DNA of 64,000 nt from an uncultured Bacilli bacterium (GCA_944350415.1 CALVOY010000014.1:262-64261), one strand, 5' to 3'. Positions 19,502 through 29,026 are shown, counted from the first letter of the stretch. Notes: generated by a model not told the origin, from the sequence alone. Program-made: numbers and translations.

Positions 19502-20086
19502 TTAATACCCTAACAATTCACCTATTAAATCATTAGGCAATAATAAAGGCCTTATTGACTCTATTAACCTATTTTTATTTAGTGCAATTGTCGATGTTGA
19601 AGTTGTTTCTTTTTTATGATTCTTCTTATCAAGATATTCAGCTATTTGTTCATGTGTTTTACCTTCAAAATATTTTAAATGAATAATATCAAAATATGGA
19701 TCATTTTTTAAACTGTTAATAACTGACTCTATATGTCTAATAATTACCTTTGTTTTAAAGATATGTTTTTTTAGACTATCAATTGAATCTTCAATAATAT
19801 CATCTTTATCTTTTCTAATTGTATCGTGAGATAGTCCTGTTATAGATTTTGATTTTTCCTGAGTACCATATTCTCTTAATTCTTTAATTTCTTTCTCTCT
19901 TTCATTTATAGATGCTTTTAATTTTGGATATTCATATAAAATTCGCTCCACATTTTTAAAAGTAGAATAATTATTTTTTATAAAACCGCGTGCCTCTAAT
20001 TCATCTAATACAATATTTGATATTTCTTTTTTTGAAACATCCATTTCTTTTGCAATTTTATTTAAAATAATTTCTTCATTTATCAT
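19502..20086 (-). CDS. putative late-gene transcriptional activator (sigma-70 region-4/ArpU-like HTH)
   Basis: C-terminal HLKYFEGKTHEQIAEYLD resembles sigma region 4; located before packaging genes. Confidence 0.45.
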   Translation of the reverse strand: MINEEIILNKIAKEMDVSKKEISNIVLDELEARGFIKNNYSTFKNVERILYEYPKLKASINEREKEIKELREYGTQEKSKSITGLSHDTIRKDKDDIIEDSIDSLKKHIFKTKVIIRHIESVINSLKNDPYFDIIHLKYFEGKTHEQIAEYLDKKNHKKETTSTSTIALNKNRLIESIRPLLLPNDLIGELLGY

Positions 20087-20400
20087 TATAATTCCACCTT
20101 CTTATTCTTCAAAAAATGATTTATAAACTTTTTAAACTTGCTTGGATTATCTTTTAAAACTATATTATTTAATTTTTTAATTTTAATAATACGATTTAGT
20201 TTATTAAGATAAATCCATTCTATCATAAAACTTCGATTAGTTCTTGTATATGTAAATGGGGATCGATTTCTTATCTTCAGCAAAATAGCTAACATCATTT
20301 TATTATTCGTAATTTTATTGCTATTGTAAATTTTTATAGTGTTTTTAGTTAATTCTACATCGTAATTTAAAACTTTAATTTTTTTAATATCAATATTCAT
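20086..20400 (-). CDS. hypothetical phage protein (104 aa, basic)
   Basis: ORF track. Confidence 0.4.
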   Translation of the reverse strand: MNIDIKKIKVLNYDVELTKNTIKIYNSNKITNNKMMLAILLKIRNRSPFTYTRTNRSFMIEWIYLNKLNRIIKIKKLNNIVLKDNPSKFKKFINHFLKNKKVEL

Positions 20401-20523
20401 AGAATTATCTACCTCTTTTTTCTATGATTTTTACATTTTTCTTTTCTTCTAATGCTTCTGCAATATTATATAACCCTGTATATACAATAATTGAAGCAAT
20501 AATTATACTAATTCCTAACCAAA

Positions 20524-20715
20524 TCATTTTTTCACCTCGGGAAGTCTAGTCCATAATATTTTTTGACAACCACAATTAGGGCAATCTATAGCATTATACA
20601 CATTAGAACCTGTTGTTAAACTTGATAATCCTTTATTTTCCGATACTTCTTTAACTTGATTTTTATCAATATAAAATCTATTATTACAAATATTACATTT
20701 AATTTTTTTAATCAT
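20524..20715 (-). CDS. zinc-ribbon protein (C4)
   Basis: KCNICNN...CPNCGC; AAGGAG RBS before internal ATG; the longer ORF-track N-terminus overlaps the repeat. Confidence 0.45.
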   Translation of the reverse strand: MIKKIKCNICNNRFYIDKNQVKEVSENKGLSSLTTGSNVYNAIDCPNCGCQKILWTRLPEVKK

Positions 20716-20721
20716 TTTTTT

Positions 20722-20856
20722 CTCCTTTTTCTCTCTAATATTCTGTGCAAGATAACTGTGAATTATATTGCACACTTCCAATCTCACTTTTAGCTATATA
20801 AAATAAGGCTAAAACTCATATTTTTTTATCTAAATAGTTTTTGTGATTTTCGATAC
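20722..20856. repeat. ~135-bp direct repeat, copy 1 (carries TGTGCAA-N17-TTGCACA palindrome and TATAAT)
   Basis: ~85% identical to 22114-22247; begins at the RBS of the zinc-ribbon gene. Confidence 0.75.
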
Positions 20857-20892
20857 CCTCTTTAGTGTTATAATTTTTCAAAAGGAGGATTA

Positions 20893-21057
20893 TAATGAAT
20901 ACCAAAGATATCGAAAAATTAGATGAATTAGCTATAAGTCTAGCTAATGAAATTATGGGATTGCTATCACACAAAAATATCAATGCTTCGACATATGATT
21001 ACTATAAAAAGCAAATTTATGAAATCATATTAGCTAGATTAACAAAATCTCTCTAAT
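20893..21057 (+). CDS. small hypothetical protein (54 aa), only plus-strand gene in the late region
   Basis: aaaggagg RBS 7 nt before ATG; MNTKDIEKLDELAISLANEIMG... Confidence 0.45.
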
Positions 21058-21219
21058 TTTTTATATGTTCTTCTAGAATTGGCGTTTCTAGAAGAATTTT
21101 TTTTATAGCTGTTATAATATCATCTTTAAAATCTATAATATTTTCTTGTTCTCTAATTTGGTATATTACAAATAGTAATTTTCCTAAATTTTGATATAAT
21201 AACCCAAATTCTTCTTTAT

Positions 21220-22095
21220 TCAAAATTTAATCATCTCCATTTTTTTCTTTTTTTCTTGCAAAGTAGTTCTTGTATAAATACTTGTCGTTTCCATTTTAGA
21301 ATGTCCTAAAATATCCATTAATTCTGTCATTGTAGAACCTGGTAATTGTAAATATGCTATTGCAAATAAATGCCTCCAGCCATGTGGATGAATGTGATCT
21401 AAATTTACTCTTGCTACTCCTCCGATTTTTTTCAAATGTCTCCAAATGGTTGATGGATTAATCATTCTGTTTGAATCTTGTTTTAAAATTGGATCTGGAC
21501 TTCTAAAAATAAATCCTTCTGTTATATTGTTATCTTTACAATATTTTTTTAATGATCTATGTAAATCTCCTATCAAGATAATTTGCCTTTCTTTACCTTT
21601 GCTGTAAATATCAATATATGGACCTTTTTGAATATTTTCAAATGTAAAATATTTTAATTCACTAATTCTAATTGCTGTTTGTGCAAATGTTTTAATAATC
21701 ATATACATTTCATACTCTTCGAGTTCTTTAGCTTTACGAAGCATTCTTTTATGTTCTTGATTAGACATTTGATTTTCTAACGATGATTTTTTTTGACTTC
21801 TAAAATGTTTTATTATTAAATCTTTATATCCTAGATATTTTAAAAATTTATTAAATATAACGACATATTTATTGATTGATGATACTTTAGCTTGTCCTGT
21901 CTTTAATTGTTGCTCTAAATATAACTTATATTTAATAGTAGAATCTTTTGAAAATGTAATATTATCCTCATTAATATAGTCATAGAATTTATTCAAGCAA
22001 TTTCTGTAATCAACTACTGTTTTAGTGGTCTTTTCATCAAGCCTCTCATTTTCACAAAATTCTTCTATTTTTTGTTTTAGTTCATCTTTAGTCAT
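21220..22095 (-). CDS. tyrosine site-specific recombinase (XerC/D-like, second integrase inside prophage)
   Basis: HPHGWRHLFA...LGHSKMETTSIYTRT catalytic R..HxxR..Y signature. Confidence 0.85.
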   Translation of the reverse strand: MTKDELKQKIEEFCENERLDEKTTKTVVDYRNCLNKFYDYINEDNITFSKDSTIKYKLYLEQQLKTGQAKVSSINKYVVIFNKFLKYLGYKDLIIKHFRSQKKSSLENQMSNQEHKRMLRKAKELEEYEMYMIIKTFAQTAIRISELKYFTFENIQKGPYIDIYSKGKERQIILIGDLHRSLKKYCKDNNITEGFIFRSPDPILKQDSNRMINPSTIWRHLKKIGGVARVNLDHIHPHGWRHLFAIAYLQLPGSTMTELMDILGHSKMETTSIYTRTTLQEKKKKMEMIKF

Positions 22096-22113
22096 AAAAT
22101 CACTCCATTCATC

Positions 22114-22247
22114 CCTCTTTTCTTCTTAATATTAGGTGCAAGATAACTGCATATTATATTGCACACTTTAAATCTTAATTTTGGCTTTATAAAATAAGGT
22201 TAAAAAACAATATTTTTTGTCAAAATAGTTTTTATCATTTTTGATAC
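22114..22247. repeat. ~135-bp direct repeat, copy 2, immediately upstream of the recombinase
   Basis: Aligned by eye to 20722-20856. Confidence 0.75.
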
Positions 22248-22321
22248 TGTTTATCAGATTTCCTCTTCTTCTTCAAAATATATTTCATCATCATCTATGA
22301 ATGTGTAGATACTAATCATTT

Positions 22322-22651
22322 TTAATACATATCTCTTATTCTAAATAAAACTTTGTATTCAGCTTTTGAAATAAAGTTATTGATATCACAACTTAATTTC
22401 TCAATATTTTCTACTCGCCATTCTTGACCATGATCATAACTTTGATTACACATTATCTCAGCTATCTGTGATATTATTTCTTTAGCTTCACCTTCCGAAA
22501 TAATATCATATAATTCAAAATTGTAGCCAAAAGATTCTTCTAATCTTTCATAATATACAGTTATATCTTTACCTTCATCTTTTTCGATAATTAATCTTAA
22601 TTTTGTTGGAATAATCTCCCTTTCTGGTATATAAAATTCTATTCTTTTCAT
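22322..22651 (-). CDS. hypothetical early phage protein
   Basis: ORF track. Confidence 0.4.
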   Translation of the reverse strand: MKRIEFYIPEREIIPTKLRLIIEKDEGKDITVYYERLEESFGYNFELYDIISEGEAKEIISQIAEIMCNQSYDHGQEWRVENIEKLSCDINNFISKAEYKVLFRIRDMY

Positions 22652-22653
22652 TC

Positions 22654-22851
22654 TTACTTACCTTCTTTCTCTATTTCTCTTTCGTCATATATGTCATTCA
22701 ATATGTGCATTTCGTTTCTATATACTCTTATGTGACTATCATTAATTTCAACTTTACACATTGAGTCATAATTTTCTAAAAGCCAATTTTGTATTGGTTT
22801 AACAAGCTCAATTAATTCTTTCATTTTTTTATCTATATTAGTTTCTGGCAT
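22654..22851 (-). CDS. hypothetical early phage protein
   Basis: ORF track. Confidence 0.35.
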   Translation of the reverse strand: MPETNIDKKMKELIELVKPIQNWLLENYDSMCKVEINDSHIRVYRNEMHILNDIYDEREIEKEGK

Positions 22852-23191
22852 CTCTATTACCTTCTTTCTTTAATTTATTTACTTCTCTTACTAATTCGTT
22901 GATTTTGTCCTGTATTTTTTTATCATTGATAGAAATTATATATGTTCCATTCGGTCTAACTTCTCTTAAATCTAACTCTTCTATCTCTTTTTTTTCTTCT
23001 AAGATTTCGAAATCACATAACGGATTAAACAACATCCCAGAAGTAAATATTCCTGATTCCCAAACAAAGTCATATCCATCAAATGTAATAGTTGTGATAT
23101 AATTATCGTCTTCATATACTTTTAATTTTGTTCCTGCCTTAATAGTTCCACTATTAATAAATTCATATAATGTTTCACTGTGCACTTTCAT
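22838..23191 (-). CDS. hypothetical early phage protein
   Basis: ORF track. Confidence 0.4.
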   Translation of the reverse strand: MKVHSETLYEFINSGTIKAGTKLKVYEDDNYITTITFDGYDFVWESGIFTSGMLFNPLCDFEILEEKKEIEELDLREVRPNGTYIISINDKKIQDKINELVREVNKLKKEGNRDARN

Positions 23192-23613
23192 TATTTCACC
23201 TCTTTATCAAATATGTTTCCTATTACCTCAATTCCATTTGGACTTACTAAATGTACTTGCTTTTTAGTATTAATAAACTCCGCATACCAACCAAATTGAT
23301 ATGTATTGCTAACATATTTTTCTTTCCAATCATCAGTTTTATATTTTCCATATTTAATAACAAACAAATTATCTTCATTACTATATTCATTACCTTGACA
23401 AATATCTCCCTCAAATATCTTCTTACCATTTTTATCTGTTAGTCCTGTATATTGCATCCAAATCAAATCATCTTCTGGAACTCTACCACATATTTCTGAA
23501 AGTGCATCATTATCAGACATAACTAGCCATCCATATTGAGGACATATATGTATATCTTCTAACATTCTTTTTTCTTTTTTATTCCATATTCTAAATAATA
23601 TTTTTCTATTCAT
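23191..23613 (-). CDS. YopX-family phage protein
   Basis: N-terminus MNRKILFRIWNKKEKRM resembles YopX (M.KFRaWdk..k.M). Confidence 0.5.
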   Translation of the reverse strand: MNRKILFRIWNKKEKRMLEDIHICPQYGWLVMSDNDALSEICGRVPEDDLIWMQYTGLTDKNGKKIFEGDICQGNEYSNEDNLFVIKYGKYKTDDWKEKYVSNTYQFGWYAEFINTKKQVHLVSPNGIEVIGNIFDKEVK

Positions 23614-23616
23614 CTC

Positions 23617-23964
23617 TTACTCCTTTGGCATTTCATAAACATAAGTATCTAATTTTATATAATCTACATTGGCTGTGTATTTTTGAAGTATTACACCATT
23701 TTCTACCCAACTATGACCATTTTCTTTTATTGATGATGTATCTATTTTAAATTTAGGAAATAATATATTTTGTATTTCATCTAATACTTCAATCGCTCTT
23801 TCTTCTGTTTCATAAGTTCCTAACAGCACATAATATTCTCCTTGATTTCCAATAAAATCTGGTTGATAATTACAAATAATTTGTTTTTTATTTTGATAAT
23901 TAATGTTTATACTATGCACATTTTCTAAATCCATTTTATTTTGGCTTCTAATCCATAAATCCAT
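23617..23964 (-). CDS. hypothetical early phage protein
   Basis: ORF track. Confidence 0.4.
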   Translation of the reverse strand: MDLWIRSQNKMDLENVHSININYQNKKQIICNYQPDFIGNQGEYYVLLGTYETEERAIEVLDEIQNILFPKFKIDTSSIKENGHSWVENGVILQKYTANVDYIKLDTYVYEMPKE

Positions 23965-23978
23965 CTATTTATCATCTC

Positions 23979-24164
23979 CTAACCAATGTCATAAGATCCG
24001 ACTAAAGAAGTCTTTTCAATATCTTCCACTATATTGAAGTTATCATAATCTAACTTATTTCCTTTTTCGTCTCTTACTTTAATTCTTCCAGCTCCATCTC
24101 CATCAATTCTGATTAGTATATTTCTACTAGCACCGATAACTCCTAAATATTCAATATGAGCCAA
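23979..24164 (-). CDS. hypothetical early phage protein
   Basis: ORF track. Confidence 0.3.
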   Translation of the reverse strand: MAHIEYLGVIGASRNILIRIDGDGAGRIKVRDEKGNKLDYDNFNIVEDIEKTSLVGSYDIG

Positions 24165-24233
24165 TACTTTTTCTAATACATCTAAATCTTATTTTCTTCC
24201 ACTTATTTGATATGTTCTTGTTTCCATTAATTA

Positions 24234-24488
24234 TCAACTCCTAATTTCATTTAACCATTTGTAAACATCTTCTAAGTCTTTTTTGTTTTCTACTCTAAAC
24301 GACCTGTCTTTGCCTGCGCTTCTAGTTTTAAAATAAAACACTATTCCATCTCTCGTATCTAATGTGAACCAAACTTTAAAATCTAAATATTTAGGTTGTT
24401 TTCTGTTACAATTGTAGTAACTCATTTCTTTCCAAGAATTGTTCTTCATTATATAATCAAGTAATTCTTTTAAATCATCAGTCGTCAT
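24234..24488 (-). CDS. hypothetical early phage protein
   Basis: ORF track. Confidence 0.4.
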   Translation of the reverse strand: MTTDDLKELLDYIMKNNSWKEMSYYNCNRKQPKYLDFKVWFTLDTRDGIVFYFKTRSAGKDRSFRVENKKDLEDVYKWLNEIRS

Positions 24489-24735
24489 TCTTCACCTCTT
24501 TGGTACTGGCATTAATGTCCTTACCAATTATCCCTCTATTGTTTGCGATTACTTTCGCATTTACTTCTAGCAACTCAAAGCTTTGTTCAGTTACTCCAAA
24601 ACTAAACATATATTTATCTTCAAACAATTTCATAATTTCCTCTTTATTATCACCAATTTTTATAAAGCCTCTTAAATCATCAAGCCAGTATTCTGCGATT
24701 AAATAAAAAGTTTTGTTTAAATCTATTTTTGACAT
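24478..24735 (-). CDS. hypothetical early phage protein
   Basis: ORF track. Confidence 0.4.
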   Translation of the reverse strand: MSKIDLNKTFYLIAEYWLDDLRGFIKIGDNKEEIMKLFEDKYMFSFGVTEQSFELLEVNAKVIANNRGIIGKDINASTKEVKNDD

Positions 24736-24736
24736 A

Positions 24737-25207
24737 TTATTTTCCTATTATTTCCTCATATAATTGCAAATGATTTTTAGCATAATGTTGCTGAGCACTT
24801 CCTGCTATACTGTCTATTATTTCTTTTTCTAGACACTCTATAAACTCTTTTTGTTGATTTAATAATTCAGTATTTCTATATGTCATATCAATAAATTCTT
24901 TGTCTTCTTTTGATACTTCTCCATTGTCTACTAAATTTTGTAACATATCTCTTTCAAATCTTAATTGATTAAAATATTCTCCACTTCTTAAATATTCAAG
25001 TTGTTTCTTTAATTCTTGATTTTCTTTTAATAATGTTTTTACAGTTTGGCAATCTTCTTTTTCTCCAACTAATGAATTAAAAATTATAACTGCTTCTTCA
25101 TTATTGATATCATTATGAACTGATTCACCACTTATACTATCTACGCTCAAACAAGCTATGTTTCCAGCTAAATATCTAAAATCTATTTTTAAATCTTTTT
25201 GTTTCAT
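24737..25207 (-). CDS. hypothetical early phage protein (coiled coil)
   Basis: ORF track. Confidence 0.4.
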   Translation of the reverse strand: MKQKDLKIDFRYLAGNIACLSVDSISGESVHNDINNEEAVIIFNSLVGEKEDCQTVKTLLKENQELKKQLEYLRSGEYFNQLRFERDMLQNLVDNGEVSKEDKEFIDMTYRNTELLNQQKEFIECLEKEIIDSIAGSAQQHYAKNHLQLYEEIIGK

Positions 25208-25402
25208 TTATTCCACCTCTTTTTTACAAGCAGTTAATTTCATCATGTCAATACAGTCAAATACTATTTCCTCTGGGTTTCCACCTTCGTTAGGACAATA
25301 CCACCCTATACTTAGTTGCTTATTATCTATCATTGATATTGGTAAATCTCCATATTCTTTTAAACTTTTTACTAATGTAATTATTAGCTCACTTGTTTTC
25401 AT
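25208..25402 (-). CDS. hypothetical early phage protein
   Basis: ORF track. Confidence 0.35.
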   Translation of the reverse strand: MKTSELIITLVKSLKEYGDLPISMIDNKQLSIGWYCPNEGGNPEEIVFDCIDMMKLTACKKEVE

Positions 25403-25407
25403 ATTAT

Positions 25408-25650
25408 CTATTCTCCTTTATCTATATCTAAAATATCTAAAACATCACTTTCCTCTATAAAATCAAATATTGTAGTTCTAATATCGTAATCTACAATAAA
25501 TGATTCTTCATAATATAAATTTGATTGTTCTCCTAAAATATGAAAACAATTAAATTCATTTATTTCATCAATAACTCCTATTCTTATACCATCTAGTATT
25601 CCATTTTTCTTCGTTGATACTTTATAAGCTACTAATTGTCCAATTTTCAT
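25408..25650 (-). CDS. hypothetical early phage protein
   Basis: ORF track. Confidence 0.35.
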   Translation of the reverse strand: MKIGQLVAYKVSTKKNGILDGIRIGVIDEINEFNCFHILGEQSNLYYEESFIVDYDIRTTIFDFIEESDVLDILDIDKGE

Positions 25651-25797
25651 TGACTCACCTCATTATAAAGAAAAAAACAGCCAAACTCATCCTCGCAAAC
25701 TCGCTGTTTTTATTTTTCTTTTTATTTTCTCAATTTTAAAGGAGTGTTTTATGAACAAAAATCATGAAATAAATATGAGGATTTTTAATTATAATAA

Positions 25798-26064
25798 TTA
25801 ATCTTGTTCTTTTAATTCTCTATAAGCTTTAAGAATCTCATCTTCAAAAATTTTTCTCGTTTTTGGATTAATAGGATGTACAATATCTCTATAATCCCCA
25901 GTAGGAGTTTTCTTACTAGGCATAGCAATAAATAATCCATTATCACCCTCAATTATTTTAATATCATGTACTGCAAAGCAATCATTTAATAATACAGATG
26001 CAATTGCCTTACACTTTGAATCTGTTGTATCTAGTTTTTTTATATTTACACTTGTTATTTTCAT
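25798..26064 (-). CDS. spoVG: SpoVG-family protein (phage-encoded homologue of the septation/sporulation regulator)
   Basis: MKITSVNIKKL..KAIASVLLNDCFAVHDIKIIEGDNGLFIAMPSKKTPTGDYRDIVHPIN closely matches the conserved SpoVG core. Confidence 0.75.
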   Translation of the reverse strand: MKITSVNIKKLDTTDSKCKAIASVLLNDCFAVHDIKIIEGDNGLFIAMPSKKTPTGDYRDIVHPINPKTRKIFEDEILKAYRELKEQD

Positions 26065-26065
26065 A

Positions 26066-26419
26066 TTAAATAAGCTCCTCTACTTCTTCATTGCTAAATA
26101 TAAATTTTATTTCATTAGGATTTTGTTCTATTTTAACTGTGCATCCAATATTTTTAAATTGACCTTCATACAATTTACTCTGAAGTTTATATCCTTCTAA
26201 TTCCCATATTTTATCCTCTAACTTTTGCATACAAATTTGTTCTCCAATTTTCATGTCAAAATTAGTAGGATCAACACAGCTAGAACTTTCTACGATTACA
26301 AATCCATTAGGAAGTGTAGCCATTAACACTGTCGTTTTATCTCCATACTTTTCTACTTTTATAAAAGTATTAGCTAATATTAAATCTATATCTTCTTTCG
26401 TAATTTTATTTTTCATCAT
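26066..26419 (-). CDS. hypothetical early phage protein
   Basis: ORF track. Confidence 0.4.
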   Translation of the reverse strand: MMKNKITKEDIDLILANTFIKVEKYGDKTTVLMATLPNGFVIVESSSCVDPTNFDMKIGEQICMQKLEDKIWELEGYKLQSKLYEGQFKNIGCTVKIEQNPNEIKFIFSNEEVEELI

Positions 26420-26687
26420 ATTCCTCCATTTTTATTAATTCTTCATAATCAGTCCAATTGTCATCATTCCATCTTTTATCTAAAATATGTATATCATTTC
26501 TAAATATCTTTTCCAATTTTGTTCCTTTATGAGTCGTTAAAATGTGATTATCTGTTACTTTTAATATTCTAATTGGTTCATTAGTATATGAATAATCATA
26601 ATTGTTTTCTTCTGTAATAAAATCTCTACCTAATTTAATAGGATTTGTTCTGATTGCTAATTTGCCTACTAATTCTATTGCTTTCAT
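26406..26687 (-). CDS. hypothetical early phage protein
   Basis: ORF track. Confidence 0.35.
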   Translation of the reverse strand: MKAIELVGKLAIRTNPIKLGRDFITEENNYDYSYTNEPIRILKVTDNHILTTHKGTKLEKIFRNDIHILDKRWNDDNWTDYEELIKMEEYDEK

Positions 26688-26689
26688 AA

Positions 26690-27325
26690 TTATCCTCTTT
26701 TCATTTTATTTTTTCTTATTTTTCTTTTGGCTTTTAAACTTTGTTTTGTTGGTTTAGGTAAACCATCATTTTCGTATTCAATTGTTTCATGTTCTATCTT
26801 TTGGCTTAATTCTTTTACTTTTTCTGCTTGAATTTGATTTTTATTTTCTGCTTTTTCTAATGCCATTTGATATTCCACAATTACTCTTTCTTTAGCATCA
26901 ATTGTATTTGCTAATTTTTCGTTTTCTCTCTGCTCTTCTTTCAGATCTTTTTTAGCCTGTTTTAAATGTTTTGAAATCTTATCTCTATTTGCTGTAACAG
27001 ACCAAAGGGATTTTTTTAATGTTGAAATGTCAATAATTAGTTTTTCTTTCTCATTTATGGTAATTTCTAAAGATTGATTTCTATTTGATAATGTTGTTGT
27101 TAGTTCTTCTATTTTTTGATTTAATTTTTTGATTTCTTTAGTTGAATTAACTTCAAACTCATTAAAATCTTTTTTTAATTGGTTATAAGATTTTTGAATT
27201 TGATTTTTTTCTCTATTTTCTCTAAGTGTTCCTTTTTCTCCTTGTACTATCTGATCTAGTAAATCATCGTAAGTATTTCTTGTTATAATTACAGGAATAT
27301 AACTTTTTAACTCATTTAATTTCAT
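26690..27325 (-). CDS. coiled-coil phage protein
   Basis: Heptad-rich, Lys/Glu-rich 211 aa. Confidence 0.45.
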   Translation of the reverse strand: MKLNELKSYIPVIITRNTYDDLLDQIVQGEKGTLRENREKNQIQKSYNQLKKDFNEFEVNSTKEIKKLNQKIEELTTTLSNRNQSLEITINEKEKLIIDISTLKKSLWSVTANRDKISKHLKQAKKDLKEEQRENEKLANTIDAKERVIVEYQMALEKAENKNQIQAEKVKELSQKIEHETIEYENDGLPKPTKQSLKAKRKIRKNKMKRG

Positions 27326-27552
27326 AATATCTCAATTCCTTCTTCTTTTTTTATTTTTAATAATTTATTTTTTAAATTAATTCTTTCTTGTTTTTCTTCT
27401 GATAGCTTATTTAGAAGTTCTATAATAATTTCAACCATAACCCCTCTCTGTCTAATCCCAGATAATAAATTAATAACTTCATTATCAGAATCGCACTCAA
27501 TTAGTGCATCTACTAAATTTCTTTTTTCTGTTTTAATTACAAAAATATTCAT
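27322..27552 (-). CDS. hypothetical early phage protein
   Basis: ORF track. Confidence 0.35.
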   Translation of the reverse strand: MNIFVIKTEKRNLVDALIECDSDNEVINLLSGIRQRGVMVEIIIELLNKLSEEKQERINLKNKLLKIKKEEGIEIL

Positions 27553-27797
27553 AATTTTCCTCCATTTCTTACAATAAAATAATTCTTATCTCTAGTAATT
27601 AAAAATTTCAAATATTCAACTTTGCCACATTTTTTGCAGCAGAAAGCATAATTAAACGACTGAGTATCAATATTCGGCTTTATTGCATATTCCAAGTATT
27701 TTTTAAAGTGATTTATTTCAAATGACTTATAATTGATAAAATAACCACATTTACAATTCCAAATGAACATTCCAAAATTTAAATTAATATTACTCAT
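27549..27797 (-). CDS. Cys-rich zinc-finger protein
   Basis: CKCGYF...CCKKCGKVEY. Confidence 0.4.
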   Translation of the reverse strand: MSNINLNFGMFIWNCKCGYFINYKSFEINHFKKYLEYAIKPNIDTQSFNYAFCCKKCGKVEYLKFLITRDKNYFIVRNGGKL

Positions 27798-28668
27798 GAA
27801 TACTACCTACAGCCTGACTAATAGAATCTAATAAATCATCCATCTCTTTTTTATCTTCATCTGTCATAGGCTCATTTTCTAATTCTTTGTTGAACCAATC
27901 CGGAAGTTCTGTTTCTGGCTCTTGCTTACTTTTACTTCTAAAATCATTTCGACTCCAATTTCGAATTGTGGCTTTCCAATTTTTCATATGATGTTTTCCA
28001 ACGAGCCAGCCATTTGATTCATAGTAATCAAAAAATTGTTCTGCAGAAAATGTTGGTATTTTTTTATGTTCATTTTTAGGTTTATTTTTGTTATGTTCAA
28101 ATATTTGATTTGTATATTCCTTGATATAATCAGCAATTTCTGGAATACTAGGCTTAGTAAATTTATCACTTTCTGCTGTTAGGTGTCCTCTTACACTTTC
28201 TCCAGGAGAATTAATCTTTTCTTTTTTTATATTTTTTTCTTTTAATTTATTATTTAATATTTTATTATTTAATATTTTATTATTGTACCAATTTTCCATA
28301 TCTTCATTTTCCATATCTTCATTTTTGGTACATGGAGTTAACTGTTCTGTTATTACATTTTTTTGAACCTGTGAAATTGACATTTCATAAATTATATACT
28401 CCCAATCATATATTTTTCCATTTTCATTTTTTATTGGTAATCTAATTAAATACCCAAATTTTTCTAGTTCTTGTAGTATAGAGTTAATTGTATTTTTTGT
28501 TTCTTTGTTAATAGCTGCTAAACCTCGAGAACTATAATCCCAATCCTCTCTAAGGCTCAGCATCTCAGATAATAATCCTTTTGCCTTTAATGACATATTC
28601 TTTTCTTTAAAATGATAATTTGATATTACTGAATAATTATCACTTCGCTCTATTCTAAATACTGCCAT
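27790..28668 (-). CDS. phage replication initiator (winged-helix N-terminus, DnaD-like C-terminal motif)
   Basis: C-terminal FFDYYESNGWLVGKHHMKNWKATIRNW matches the conserved phage Rep/DnaD-like motif; contains two perfect 15-bp in-frame tandem duplications. Confidence 0.55.
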   Translation of the reverse strand: MAVFRIERSDNYSVISNYHFKEKNMSLKAKGLLSEMLSLREDWDYSSRGLAAINKETKNTINSILQELEKFGYLIRLPIKNENGKIYDWEYIIYEMSISQVQKNVITEQLTPCTKNEDMENEDMENWYNNKILNNKILNNKLKEKNIKKEKINSPGESVRGHLTAESDKFTKPSIPEIADYIKEYTNQIFEHNKNKPKNEHKKIPTFSAEQFFDYYESNGWLVGKHHMKNWKATIRNWSRNDFRSKSKQEPETELPDWFNKELENEPMTDEDKKEMDDLLDSISQAVGSIHE

Positions 28669-28738
28669 TTAGCACCTCGATTGATTAAAATCAAGATCTG
28701 TGCTATAATAAAAGTGCTTTTTTAAGCAAAGAGGGTTT

Positions 28739-29017
28739 TTACTTGGTCGTTGAACTCTCTCTTTTTTTGTCCTTTTTTTCATCATATTCCTCCTTTTTAT
28801 CTTCAAAATAATCTATAAACCAAATTGCATAAAACAATTCGATTGCATTTATCAATAATCCTAGCCATGTAAAACTCACTAGATATTCTTGAATAAATGG
28901 ATTAATAATCATATAAATCCATGTAACAATAAAATGTAATGCTGATACTATAAACAGGGATAATAGCAATAATCTAATAATGAATAAATATTTATTTTTT
29001 GATTTTAATCGTCTCAC
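28739..29017 (-). CDS. small membrane protein (2 TM)
   Basis: Hydrophobic segments; lysogeny-module neighbour. Confidence 0.4.
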   Translation of the reverse strand: MRRLKSKNKYLFIIRLLLLSLFIVSALHFIVTWIYMIINPFIQEYLVSFTWLGLLINAIELFYAIWFIDYFEDKKEEYDEKKDKKRESSTTK

Positions 29018-29026
29018 ACTATCCTC

